A stretch of DNA of 64,000 bases, taken from positions 143,192 to 207,191 of the IMG/VR virus record IMGVR_UViG_3300050821_002957. The stretch is one strand, 5' to 3'. The notes below the pieces were generated by a model. That model was not told the origin of the DNA and ran no database searches. It saw nothing but the letters and a program-made list of their open reading frames with translations. Of this stretch, positions 36,914 to 45,259 are shown piece by piece. The first letter of the stretch is position 1; every line of letters begins with the position of its first letter. The position numbers and the translations under genes were made by a program. The stretch is from a virus.

Positions 36914-37863
36914 TCCTTACCGGGACCATTGGATCTCATAGCTACGGAACGGCCACGCCGACTTCAGATTACGACTACATGTCCGTCGTGATTGCATCGT
37001 CTGACGTGTACCTGGGTCTTGACAATTGGGGAACTGCTGGAACCAAAGACGACGTTTACGAAGATCCCGAAAAGAGTCTGGTCGAACATCGGTATTTTGA
37101 ATTGAAAAAGTTCGTTGGTATGTGCGCCGGAATGAACCCAAATGCAGTTCCGCTTTTGTGGCTGCAACCGGAGCACTACGAAACCATGTCGGCGGCTGGT
37201 AGAAAGCTCGTCCAGGCCCGAGAGATTTTTAATTCCAAAAAAGCATACGATACGTTCTCTGGTTACGCTCATGGTCAGCTTCAAAAAATGGGCGGCGTGT
37301 TCAATGATGCCGAAGAGTCGAACAAACTCTTGAAGCAAGGTCATATCAAATTTCAAGACTGGTCTGAAGACATGATCAAGCTGCTTCGGATGATTCGTGA
37401 TGGAAAGTCACCGATCCCTGAAGACGCCAAGCCTGCGGACATTTACATTTACGACGAAGGATGGTTGAACGCTCTTATTGCCTTGAAGACTCATTCCAAG
37501 GAAGAGATCAAGCGTATCAAAGACGGTCCAATCACCGGGCGCATGGGAGCGAAGCGGAAAGAGCTTCGTTCTCAATATGGTTTCGACACTAAATTTGCTT
37601 TTCATACGATTCGACTGATGAGAATGTGCGTCGAATTTCTTACGCACCCTGAAGAAGGTCTGAAGGTGTACCGCAAAGACATCGATGCTGACTTCTTGTA
37701 CTCAATCAGAACCGGCGCTGTCTCACAAGAAGACATCAAGAAGATGGCCGACGACCTGTTCGCTCAAGCCAAAGAAGCCTTGGTCACCACGTCTCTTCCA
37801 GATAAGCCTGACACCGAAGCAATTCATAACTTGACGATGGACCTGATTAGATCATCCATTTGA
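36883..37863 (+). CDS. predicted minimal nucleotidyltransferase (PF10127-like)
   Basis: LTGTIGSHSYGTATPTSDYDYMSVV (GS...D-x-D motif); 326 aa. Confidence 0.5.
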   Translation: MSKPDKKDSVILTGTIGSHSYGTATPTSDYDYMSVVIASSDVYLGLDNWGTAGTKDDVYEDPEKSLVEHRYFELKKFVGMCAGMNPNAVPLLWLQPEHYETMSAAGRKLVQAREIFNSKKAYDTFSGYAHGQLQKMGGVFNDAEESNKLLKQGHIKFQDWSEDMIKLLRMIRDGKSPIPEDAKPADIYIYDEGWLNALIALKTHSKEEIKRIKDGPITGRMGAKRKELRSQYGFDTKFAFHTIRLMRMCVEFLTHPEEGLKVYRKDIDADFLYSIRTGAVSQEDIKKMADDLFAQAKEALVTTSLPDKPDTEAIHNLTMDLIRSSI

Positions 37864-37907
37864 CAGATCACAACTTTCCATAGCAGCTATATAACTAATA
37901 GACTGCT

Positions 37908-38372
37908 ATGGATATTACACAGTACATTTCGGTGGGTTTGAGTGCCTTGGGACTTGTAGGTGGTTTATTCTCCTACGTTCTAAGCCTACGTATCAAACAC
38001 GACATTCTAGAGAACAACGAAAAACTTGAAAAAGACATTCAAGCTGCAAAGGACGCAGCTACAGTTGGACTATCTCAACTTAGGAATGATTTACTTCGAG
38101 AGTTTGGAACCAATCAGGATAAGGGCGACGAAAAACGAGAACGCCTTGAACGTGAATTGGGCGATCTCCAGGCCGGTCTTACAGATCGTATTCTAAATGC
38201 AGTAAATGGGAAGTATGTAAGGATCGATATTCATCAACAAGCTATAGCCAATATTCAAGATCGTTTCCTATCCATGAAAGAACTTATCGAAGTCAACATG
38301 GGTAAGATTGAGCAAGGTCTGGATCGGCAAATTTTAGACTTGAAGGATCGAATCTTTCATCAACCCAAATAA
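37908..38372 (+). CDS. membrane-anchored coiled-coil protein
   Basis: N-terminal TM helix and heptad repeats. Confidence 0.5.
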   Translation: MDITQYISVGLSALGLVGGLFSYVLSLRIKHDILENNEKLEKDIQAAKDAATVGLSQLRNDLLREFGTNQDKGDEKRERLERELGDLQAGLTDRILNAVNGKYVRIDIHQQAIANIQDRFLSMKELIEVNMGKIEQGLDRQILDLKDRIFHQPK

Positions 38373-38382
38373 GGGGTAAGCA

Positions 38383-38541
38383 ATGGCCGATAAAGCTGTA
38401 GCAACGAAAAGAGAGAAACTTACCATCGATCCCCGAGAATTGATGTTGTATGAGCTTCAAAAGGTCCGTAAGACATTCGCAGACGTAGCGGTCCAAGTAT
38501 CCAAGGATCTTACGAAAGTGATGCCTACAAACTTGACATAA
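38383..38541 (+). CDS. hypothetical small protein (52 aa)
   Basis: AAGGGG RBS. Confidence 0.3.
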   Translation: MADKAVATKREKLTIDPRELMLYELQKVRKTFADVAVQVSKDLTKVMPTNLT

Positions 38542-38628
38542 TCCGTCGATGTGCTATCGTGGTGTTGTGAAGTTTCAAACAATGAGCTAGGACAACCTTG
38601 TTCATATCTAGGAAAACAAAAAACAAAC

Positions 38629-39117
38629 ATGAAAAATTTAATTGCATTATTTGTATTGGCATTGGGCACTGTCTTTGCACAGTCCGCAGTACCGCAGAAT
38701 GAAGTTTTTGGCAACGTAGGTCTGTCGTTCCCTCGCACGCCTGCAATCACGACCACCGTCAGCGCAACCGCAGGTTATGGTCGGACTCTGGCAAACGAAA
38801 CCTTTGGCAGCACTGAAGTGATCGGCACTTATGATTTCACTCGTGCTACCCCGAAGGGCGGCGTTCAGTCTTTCTTGGGTGGCGTGAAGCAAAACTTCAA
38901 GAGCACTCTTCCGGGCATCGTTCCATTCTTGTCGGTCCAAGTCGGTGAGGCAACATTGCTTCGTAAGACCAGCTTTGCAACCGAAGTAGCTGGCGGCGTT
39001 CGGTTCACCAAGCTGTGCCCATTGTTTGGCGTCGATCTTGGCGTCAAGGGTACGAAGGTTGATGACAAGACACCGATGTATGGTGGTGTGTTCGTCGGCC
39101 TCTCGAAGAGCTTCTAG
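38629..39117 (+). CDS. secreted beta-barrel-like outer-membrane protein
   Basis: Signal peptide MKNLIALFVLALGTVFAQS. C-terminal GVFVGLSKSF ends in Phe (OMP beta-signal). Confidence 0.5.
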   Translation: MKNLIALFVLALGTVFAQSAVPQNEVFGNVGLSFPRTPAITTTVSATAGYGRTLANETFGSTEVIGTYDFTRATPKGGVQSFLGGVKQNFKSTLPGIVPFLSVQVGEATLLRKTSFATEVAGGVRFTKLCPLFGVDLGVKGTKVDDKTPMYGGVFVGLSKSF

Positions 39118-39176
39118 TTTTAAGAGCGTCTAGAATCGTCTAGACAATTTCAACGAGGGTGTGTTAGTATGAGAAC

Positions 39177-39869
39177 ATGAAAACTCTGCTAACCGCCCTC
39201 GTTTTATTTGGTGTTGCTGCTTCAGCGCAGACATCGCAAGAAAAGCCGTGCCCAAATGGTGGCTACGGTCCAGATTGCATCGTTCCCGGACTATTGCAAC
39301 TTCCTTCCGAAACCACGACCACTCCTAAGTCCGATAAGATTTCTGACGGATCAACATCAAATGATCTGTTCTTCATGGTTGGCTCCGATTTCGACCGTCC
39401 TGGTTTGCTGCCTCGTGCAAATTACAATGTCGGCCTGGGTCACACTTTCTCCTTCTTGACCAATTCTCCTGTTCATTATTTCGGCGATGAAGTTACCGTT
39501 GCGTACACTTACGAAAACGGTGGACCGAAAGGTTTCTGGCATGGTCCTACAAGCACCAGCACTGAAAGCCTTGGTCTGATGAAAAACATCAGCATTCCGC
39601 ATACGAAGAAAGTTACTGTCTACACTTGGCCGCAACTCGGTCTTACATCCATTTTTACCGGAAAGCCAGCGACAATACTGGATACAAAAGTGGTTGTTGA
39701 TGGTGTTCCTCTTCCTCCCACACAAAATCGTCTGTATGCCGGTTTTGCTATTGGGGCGATCATCCACCTTCCACACAACACGTCCATTTGGATTCAAGAG
39801 AGCTACAACAAAGTCGTGACGGTGCCGTGGTACACAACGACTTCGATTGGCTATACGATCAGCTTCTAA
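39177..39869 (+). CDS. secreted beta-barrel-like outer-membrane protein
   Basis: Signal peptide MKTLLTALVLFGVAASAQT. C-terminus SIGYTISF ends in Phe. Confidence 0.5.
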   Translation: MKTLLTALVLFGVAASAQTSQEKPCPNGGYGPDCIVPGLLQLPSETTTTPKSDKISDGSTSNDLFFMVGSDFDRPGLLPRANYNVGLGHTFSFLTNSPVHYFGDEVTVAYTYENGGPKGFWHGPTSTSTESLGLMKNISIPHTKKVTVYTWPQLGLTSIFTGKPATILDTKVVVDGVPLPPTQNRLYAGFAIGAIIHLPHNTSIWIQESYNKVVTVPWYTTTSIGYTISF

Positions 39870-39989
39870 TGATACTACAATCACTAAAACAATTTTTGGG
39901 ACGCATTATGTTTTAGTCTCCTTGGGATGTTCCCTTCGGTATTTAGTTGCTAGAATATTTCTTCCGGCATAGGAAAATTTTATAAGGTA

Positions 39990-40018
39990 TTGACAGGATA
40001 CGGGTCTTGTGCTATAAA
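39990..40018 (+). promoter_or_regulatory. sigma70-type promoter TTGACA, 17 bp, TATAAA driving the tmRNA precursor
   Basis: Consensus -35, exact 17-bp spacer and near-consensus -10 lying 7 to 8 nt before the acceptor piece. Confidence 0.6.
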
Positions 40019-40025
40019 TAGAGTC

Positions 40026-40325
40026 GTAGCAGATAGTCGAAGTGAACGAAGAACGCTTCTTGGACATGGGTTCAATTCCCATCGGCTCCACCAAAATTCT
40101 GATTTTAGGCATCAGAGAACTTATGGGGCCGCCCCGGTTTCGACAGGATGAGATGTTGCGTAAGCAGGGCTACCGTGGTCCTTGTCCACGTTATCCAGAA
40201 GGAATCATAAACGCTAATGCACCTGCATTTGCTTTCGCTGCCGCTGCCTAAACAGCGCTCGAACGAAGTCGGAGAACTTTGTTAAAGAACTCCCAACAGA
40301 AGGCCGGGGCAACTCGGCCTTTTGC
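40026..40325 (+). ncRNA. ssrA: circularly permuted (two-piece) tmRNA: acceptor piece ends in CCA at 40093, coding piece starts GGGGCCG at 40125, tag frame 40213..40251, terminator 40301..40325
   Basis: T-arm GGGTTCAATTCCC. 3' acceptor strand CGGCUCC-A-CCA pairs with downstream 5' GGGGCCG, giving G3-U70 and discriminator A (alanine identity). Tag ORF ANAPAFAFAAAA + TAA. GC hairpin followed by a T-run. Confidence 0.75.
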
Positions 40326-40490
40326 TTTTTGAAAGGTTGTGTTTATGAGACGACATTTGAAAATGGTCCATCACCACGGCAAACGAGCACTAAAGTCTAA
40401 GTACGGACAGGTGTTCATCATCCTGTGGTTCGTGCCGGAAGCCATTGCACTTTTTGGTTTGATATGGGCTGCATGGCGACACCTTGTAAA

Positions 40491-40841
40491 ATGAAGTTTC
40501 TTCTGTTCATTCTCTTATTCTTCGCATCAAGCGCCTGGGCCGCAGAGAAGCCTCTTGTCGAAAAATGCTTCAAAGTCCAGTCTCTCATCAAGGCAGATCC
40601 AGAGCATTATTGGGCTACCTGGAAGAACGCCTGTCCGTACATCATTGACTCGATCTACGTAAACGTCGATTTCAAAGACAAGGCCGGAAGCATTCTTGGA
40701 CATGGAGTCTGGTCGCTACATTATGTCAAACCGGGCGAGGGCCGCTACATTCGATTCTCAACTCCATCCTTGACAAGTGACTATTTCTCTGTTATCTTAA
40801 AAGAGATTACTTTGGACGCTTTCAAAGCTCTACGGTACTAA
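40491..40841 (+). CDS. small secreted protein
   Basis: MKFLLFILLFFASSAWA signal peptide (the listed ORF starts upstream at a GTG). Confidence 0.5.
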   Translation: MKFLLFILLFFASSAWAAEKPLVEKCFKVQSLIKADPEHYWATWKNACPYIIDSIYVNVDFKDKAGSILGHGVWSLHYVKPGEGRYIRFSTPSLTSDYFSVILKEITLDAFKALRY

Positions 40842-40932
40842 ATACGAACATGGTACGTTTTTCCACCATCACGACAAGCACTACCACGACCGTCTAGTTC
40901 CTCTAGAACGGTCCACTTCCCATTTCAATTAA

Positions 40933-41008
40933 GCCGAATTAGCTCAGTTAGCAGAGCGCCGCCCTCGTAATGCGGAGGTCATGAGTGCAACTCTCATATT
41001 CGGCTCCA
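40933..41008 (+). tRNA. tRNA-like gene, anticodon CGT (Thr), with noncanonical T-loop (TGCAACT) and 31-39 mismatch; CCA encoded
   Basis: Cloverleaf by hand: acceptor GCCGAAT/ATTCGGC, D GCTC/GAGC, anticodon loop CTCGTAA, T-stem ATGAG/CTCAT. Confidence 0.45.
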
Positions 41009-41011
41009 AAT

Positions 41012-41085
41012 GCCGCCTTATTTCAATGGTAGACTCTATCTCTGGTACAGATAGGATTTGGGTTCGATTCCCAAAGGCGGCTCCA
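41012..41085 (+). tRNA. tRNA, anticodon GGT (Thr) in the best parse (alternative parse CTG/Gln); weak D-stem; CCA encoded
   Basis: Acceptor GCCGCCT/AGGCGGC, anticodon stem TATCT/AGATA with loop CTGGTAC, T-arm TTGGG-TTCGATT-CCCAA. Confidence 0.55.
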
Positions 41086-41139
41086 CATAGTTTCGGAAAA
41101 TCGATGTGTCTAAATATCCAATAAGAGGATATTCCGAAC

Positions 41140-41766
41140 ATGACACGCAGCGAAGCCGGAAGGTTAGGTGGACAAATTATAGGGCAAAGAAATCGTGATG
41201 AGTCGTTTGCTCGATATTATGCAAACCCAAAATATTGTTTCCAGTGCGGATCGATCATTAAAATTCCACTGGGTAAGAGATACCAGTCCATTGCAAACAA
41301 GAAATTTTGTACGTCAAGTTGTTCGGCAACGTTTAACAATGCACAACGAGGACGGAAGGAACGGCTATGCAAGCGATGTAGCGCTGTCATCTCAAATTCC
41401 AACAAAGAATTTTGCAGCCATGTTTGTAGCAATCAATTTCGATACGAAAGATTCATTAAAGAGTGGCGAGCCGGGGACACATCAAAGGCTTCAACTTGCG
41501 ACGGACTATCCATCAGCAACCATATCCGTCGCTATCTGTTCGATAAGTATGAATCGAAGTGCTGTAAGTGTGGCTGGAACCGAGTCAATTCGGTAACTGG
41601 AAGAATTCCTCTAGTCGTCAATCACATCGATGGGCACTCGGAGAATAATTTAGAAAGCAACCTGGAGCTTATCTGCCCATCTTGCGATAGCCTAACGCCG
41701 ACCTACATGGCTCTGAACATTGGTCACGGTAGGAAGGCTCGTTACCGGGCAAAGGGTCCAAAATAA
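41140..41766 (+). CDS. HNH homing endonuclease
   Basis: CCKCGWN...PLVVNHIDGHSENNLESNLELICPSCDS (HNH motif); located immediately after the tRNA pair. Confidence 0.7.
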   Translation: MTRSEAGRLGGQIIGQRNRDESFARYYANPKYCFQCGSIIKIPLGKRYQSIANKKFCTSSCSATFNNAQRGRKERLCKRCSAVISNSNKEFCSHVCSNQFRYERFIKEWRAGDTSKASTCDGLSISNHIRRYLFDKYESKCCKCGWNRVNSVTGRIPLVVNHIDGHSENNLESNLELICPSCDSLTPTYMALNIGHGRKARYRAKGPK

Positions 41767-41833
41767 TTTTATAGCTTCGCTTGACAGGTTCTTTTCCTTA
41801 GTGTATTCTTAGTTCAGGCTTAGGGAAAATTTA

Positions 41834-43051
41834 GTGCAACAAACTAGAACATCGACGACTTTTCGTGTTAAACATACTCCGTGGAATAAAGGTAAGAAGA
41901 CCGGAGTTGGTGGACCTAAAGGGAGAAAATGGACAACAGAAGAGCGTCAACGAAGTTCTGAGGTACGGAAAGGACAAACCCCTTGGAATAAAGGGAAGAC
42001 GGGAATTGGTGTGTGGTCCTCACAGCGCCGCAAACAACATACCGAAAAGATGAAAAAACGGTGGGCTGTTTCCCTGCAAACACGAGATGAAAAATTATCG
42101 GTTTCTATGAAGAAAGTTCTATCAACAGTGGATTACACTTTCATTAGTCACTATAGAGGAATGACCGGAAAGTGGCCGCTCGTCCGAATCATCTACAAGT
42201 GTACAAAAGGACACAAAATTGATGCTTCATGGCCTGCTGTTAAACGAGCCATAGAAATTCGTGGATCAAATTGTCGCTTGTGTTCAATTCAGGTAAAACG
42301 AGAACATCCTTTTCCTGGTAGAATACACATAAAACCGTTTTCTACATATGCCTTACTATTCAAAGAAGCAGGAGCAACTCTTCTTTCAATTGAATACAAT
42401 CCTAAAAAGGAATTTCATTATGTGTGTCGGTGTGGTAAACGTTGTAAAACGACTCACTACCAACGTTACCAGTGTCGAGAGTGTGGAAACAAAGCCGGGG
42501 CACAAAAAAATCGAGAATTTATTAGACCTATAGGATTAGCCGCTCCTGGTCATCTTGGACAAAAGCGTGCTTCTAGACTCGAACAACTTCAAGCAGAATT
42601 TTTAGCAGCCGGATGTAAGATAACAAAATATGTAAATTGCAAGCGAATGTACTACATTTGTTCATGTGGAGGGTTTGGTGTTTCCACTTTGTGGAATTGG
42701 CGTCGGGGCGCACGATGTTCAAAATGTTCGTCTAGACGACAAGGCAAACAGAAGTCGTTTAAAGAAATTCTAGCCACATTCTTGAAGGCTGGATGTGTCC
42801 CTTTGTTCGATCAATATCTGAATGCTCATGATCCTTTACGATTTCGTTGTCGATGTGGTCGCATTGCCCAGAAAGGCTTCCAAATGTTCGAGCATCATCC
42901 GCACTGCATTCATTGTGGGCGAGAAATCCAAGCCCAACAGGGACAGCGTATCACTAAAATTAGAAAATTCTATCAAGAGGCAATTACTAAAATCAATGTT
43001 TCCCGAGAATTGAAACGTGTCCTGAAAGGGGTCAAGAAGATGGGACCATGA
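41834..43051 (+). CDS. Cys-rich protein with PWNKGK repeats and four tandem zinc-ribbon-like repeats (homing-endonuclease-type DNA-binding modules?)
   Basis: HTPWNKGKK / QTPWNKGKT repeats; repeated (Y/F)xCxCG...CxxC units. Confidence 0.45.
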   Translation: MQQTRTSTTFRVKHTPWNKGKKTGVGGPKGRKWTTEERQRSSEVRKGQTPWNKGKTGIGVWSSQRRKQHTEKMKKRWAVSLQTRDEKLSVSMKKVLSTVDYTFISHYRGMTGKWPLVRIIYKCTKGHKIDASWPAVKRAIEIRGSNCRLCSIQVKREHPFPGRIHIKPFSTYALLFKEAGATLLSIEYNPKKEFHYVCRCGKRCKTTHYQRYQCRECGNKAGAQKNREFIRPIGLAAPGHLGQKRASRLEQLQAEFLAAGCKITKYVNCKRMYYICSCGGFGVSTLWNWRRGARCSKCSSRRQGKQKSFKEILATFLKAGCVPLFDQYLNAHDPLRFRCRCGRIAQKGFQMFEHHPHCIHCGREIQAQQGQRITKIRKFYQEAITKINVSRELKRVLKGVKKMGP

Positions 43052-43287
43052 AGGTACTACAATTCCCTAAACCGCAACTGATTCAGTCAGTCGCACCCGG
43101 CCAAGTCTACGATGATTTGTATGTGATGGAAAAAACAGATCGTCGCCAAGGTGGACATGTGATCTGGCAATGTCGGTGTCAATGTGGGCGTATCACATAC
43201 GTCACAGCCTACCGATTAAGATTTCGAGTTATTAAATCATGTGGCAAATGCCGCAAAGGACAACATCATGAACAGCATTACGTTTAA
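43048..43287 (+). CDS. small zinc-ribbon protein (same repeat type as the upstream gene)
   Basis: WQCRCQCGRITYV...CGKC. Confidence 0.4.
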   Translation: MKVLQFPKPQLIQSVAPGQVYDDLYVMEKTDRRQGGHVIWQCRCQCGRITYVTAYRLRFRVIKSCGKCRKGQHHEQHYV

Positions 43288-44002
43288 GAACAAATTGCGT
43301 CCCTTATCGGACGAGATCAAGAATGAATTGGCAGCAGTTCGGGACCAGGGCAACTCTGTTTTGGATTCTCTCCAGAGCGTTTTGCTCAAAGCACTCGTCT
43401 CGATCCACGGTGCATGGCGACAGGAACCGATCCCGAACAAGAAAGCGATGTGGGATCATGTTTCAAAAGAAGCGAAGCGTATCCTCGTTGACAAACAACA
43501 TGGCGGCGGGGCCGATCATGGTTGGACATTAGGCACCTTCCAGAACTACATAAGTCGGGTGAAGAAAGCCATTGTATTTCAGGTGGACATCTACACCGCC
43601 GAAAGTGAAACCACGGAATTACTTCGTGAAGCTCAAATTCGTGCCGAGAAGCTGGCCGAAGACGCTGGCAGCATGAAGACCGAAAAGTTCATGGTGGCTG
43701 CAATTAAAGCCGTCAAAGTTGATCGTGAAGCCAGAGCAAAAGCGAACGCCGAAAAGGAAGCAGTGGGACATGGATTTCATGGTCTTCCAAATCCGAATGA
43801 ATTCAAGGACGACGAAGCGCTCGCCCTTGGAACCATCAAGCAGTTCTATTCATATCTTGGATACATCCAAGATCGCATCAAAGGTGACAGCGATGCCGAG
43901 AAGCTGCTTCGCAAGATTCAGAAACAAGTCGTCACCTACAAGGAAGAACATTCTTCTGAGTTTGCTGAATTTGAAGAAGTGCTGGCTTCGGCGGCAGCTT
44001 AG
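43241..44002 (+). CDS. hypothetical protein
   Basis: 253-aa ORF. Confidence 0.55.
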   Translation: MANAAKDNIMNSITFKNKLRPLSDEIKNELAAVRDQGNSVLDSLQSVLLKALVSIHGAWRQEPIPNKKAMWDHVSKEAKRILVDKQHGGGADHGWTLGTFQNYISRVKKAIVFQVDIYTAESETTELLREAQIRAEKLAEDAGSMKTEKFMVAAIKAVKVDREARAKANAEKEAVGHGFHGLPNPNEFKDDEALALGTIKQFYSYLGYIQDRIKGDSDAEKLLRKIQKQVVTYKEEHSSEFAEFEEVLASAAA

Positions 44003-44268
44003 GTCTCTCTTTTTCCGAAGAGGGTCATTTTGGCCCTCTTCACTAATCTAAGGCGTTGTATTGATCACGAAGTTGAGTCTTTGTTAATCGTCCGTTTTCG
44101 TAATCCTCCAATAGTTCTGTCAATTTGTTTTCTCGTTCTTGTAGTGTCGATAAACAGCGCTCGACAGCCGGAAAGTTTGTTTTGAGATAAGTCACCAGAA
44201 TATTTAGTCGTGGTAGAAATGGCTTTTAACTCCTTTTGTTTCAAGTAAATAGAGGTATCCCTTAAAAT

Positions 44269-44490
44269 ATGATGGTTAAGAAAACAAAGTTGGCGGATGG
44301 CGTGAGTAGTATCGAATTTTTAGATCGATACGACAAGCCATGCATCCTGCTCCGAGATACTTTGCCAGACGATGCCATCCCTGGGATTACATTTGTGGTG
44401 ACCGGACAGATTCATTTAGATTTGGATCAAGTACGATGGCTGGCTCGTGAATTGTCTCATTTTGCTGAATGGGGGAAATTTTTAGAATAG
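44269..44490 (+). CDS. hypothetical small protein
   Basis: 73-aa ORF. Confidence 0.45.
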   Translation: MMVKKTKLADGVSSIEFLDRYDKPCILLRDTLPDDAIPGITFVVTGQIHLDLDQVRWLARELSHFAEWGKFLE

Positions 44491-44520
44491 GATAAAAAAT
44501 GCATCTACACCTATTTCCAT

Positions 44521-45240
44521 TCAAATCAATCTCTGAGCAAGTAACGCCATGATTTCCTTCTCTTCCTGAAGCGAATGGCGTAACATCTCGTCGATCACGT
44601 CAACAGGCTCTTCCTGAGGTTCTGGCGGCTCTGGTGGGGTTGTTGGGGCCGGTGGTGGTTCTGGGGCCTTGGCCTGTTCCTGAACGTTCTGAGGCTCTGG
44701 CTGGCCGAACATTGGATCGAATTCATCCAAAAGAGGATCGTAAAAATCTGTAAAAGTTGGTCGCCGGGTTTGCGGTCTTGGCCACAGTTCAAACCGATAG
44801 GTCATTGAATTGAAAAAATGATCAAGTTCTTCGGCATCGTTCCCGGCTGGTCGAGTGCTATTTGACGGCTTGAACACATGCATACATGAAAACGCACCGA
44901 AGTAATGTGCTGTCATGTAAATTTCTTCGTTCGGTCGTGTAGGATTTCTGTAGATGCGACCGTTGCTTGAAAAGGTCTGATAGATCCAGCCATCTTGTTT
45001 CAACCGATCTTCCATTGCGACCACAGTTCGATGTAATTTGTTTTTTGGTGGTGCCGTTGTCGGTTTTGAAACAGGTGGCGACGGCGGTTTATAATCGGCC
45101 TGGGTAAAGATCGATGGAAAGTTGTATTTCGTCGCAAGTTCAATGGCCCGAGCACGAGCAATTTCGCCTTCTTCGGGAGTGCCGGGTCTCAATGCAAGCG
45201 CTTCGAGACTACGGATTTTTTGCTCTATGTCGTGGGCCAT
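44521..45240 (-). CDS. hypothetical Pro-rich protein
   Basis: 239-aa ORF on the minus strand. Confidence 0.55.
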   Translation of the reverse strand: MAHDIEQKIRSLEALALRPGTPEEGEIARARAIELATKYNFPSIFTQADYKPPSPPVSKPTTAPPKNKLHRTVVAMEDRLKQDGWIYQTFSSNGRIYRNPTRPNEEIYMTAHYFGAFSCMHVFKPSNSTRPAGNDAEELDHFFNSMTYRFELWPRPQTRRPTFTDFYDPLLDEFDPMFGQPEPQNVQEQAKAPEPPPAPTTPPEPPEPQEEPVDVIDEMLRHSLQEEKEIMALLAQRLI

Positions 45241-45259
45241 CTAGAGAGCATTTAGCTCA

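Noticed and set aside
39906-40251. ORFs 39906..40112 (-) and 40042..40251 (+) over the tmRNA locus
   Set aside because: Explained by the tmRNA gene. The plus-strand ORF is simply the tag reading frame extended upstream through the acceptor piece.
39990-41100. Hypothesis that the tmRNA plus tRNAs mark a prophage/host junction (ssrA is a common attB)
   Set aside because: Phage-type genes with the same promoter family, T4-like replication genes and virion genes lie on both sides. There is no integrase and no direct repeat of the ssrA 3' end.
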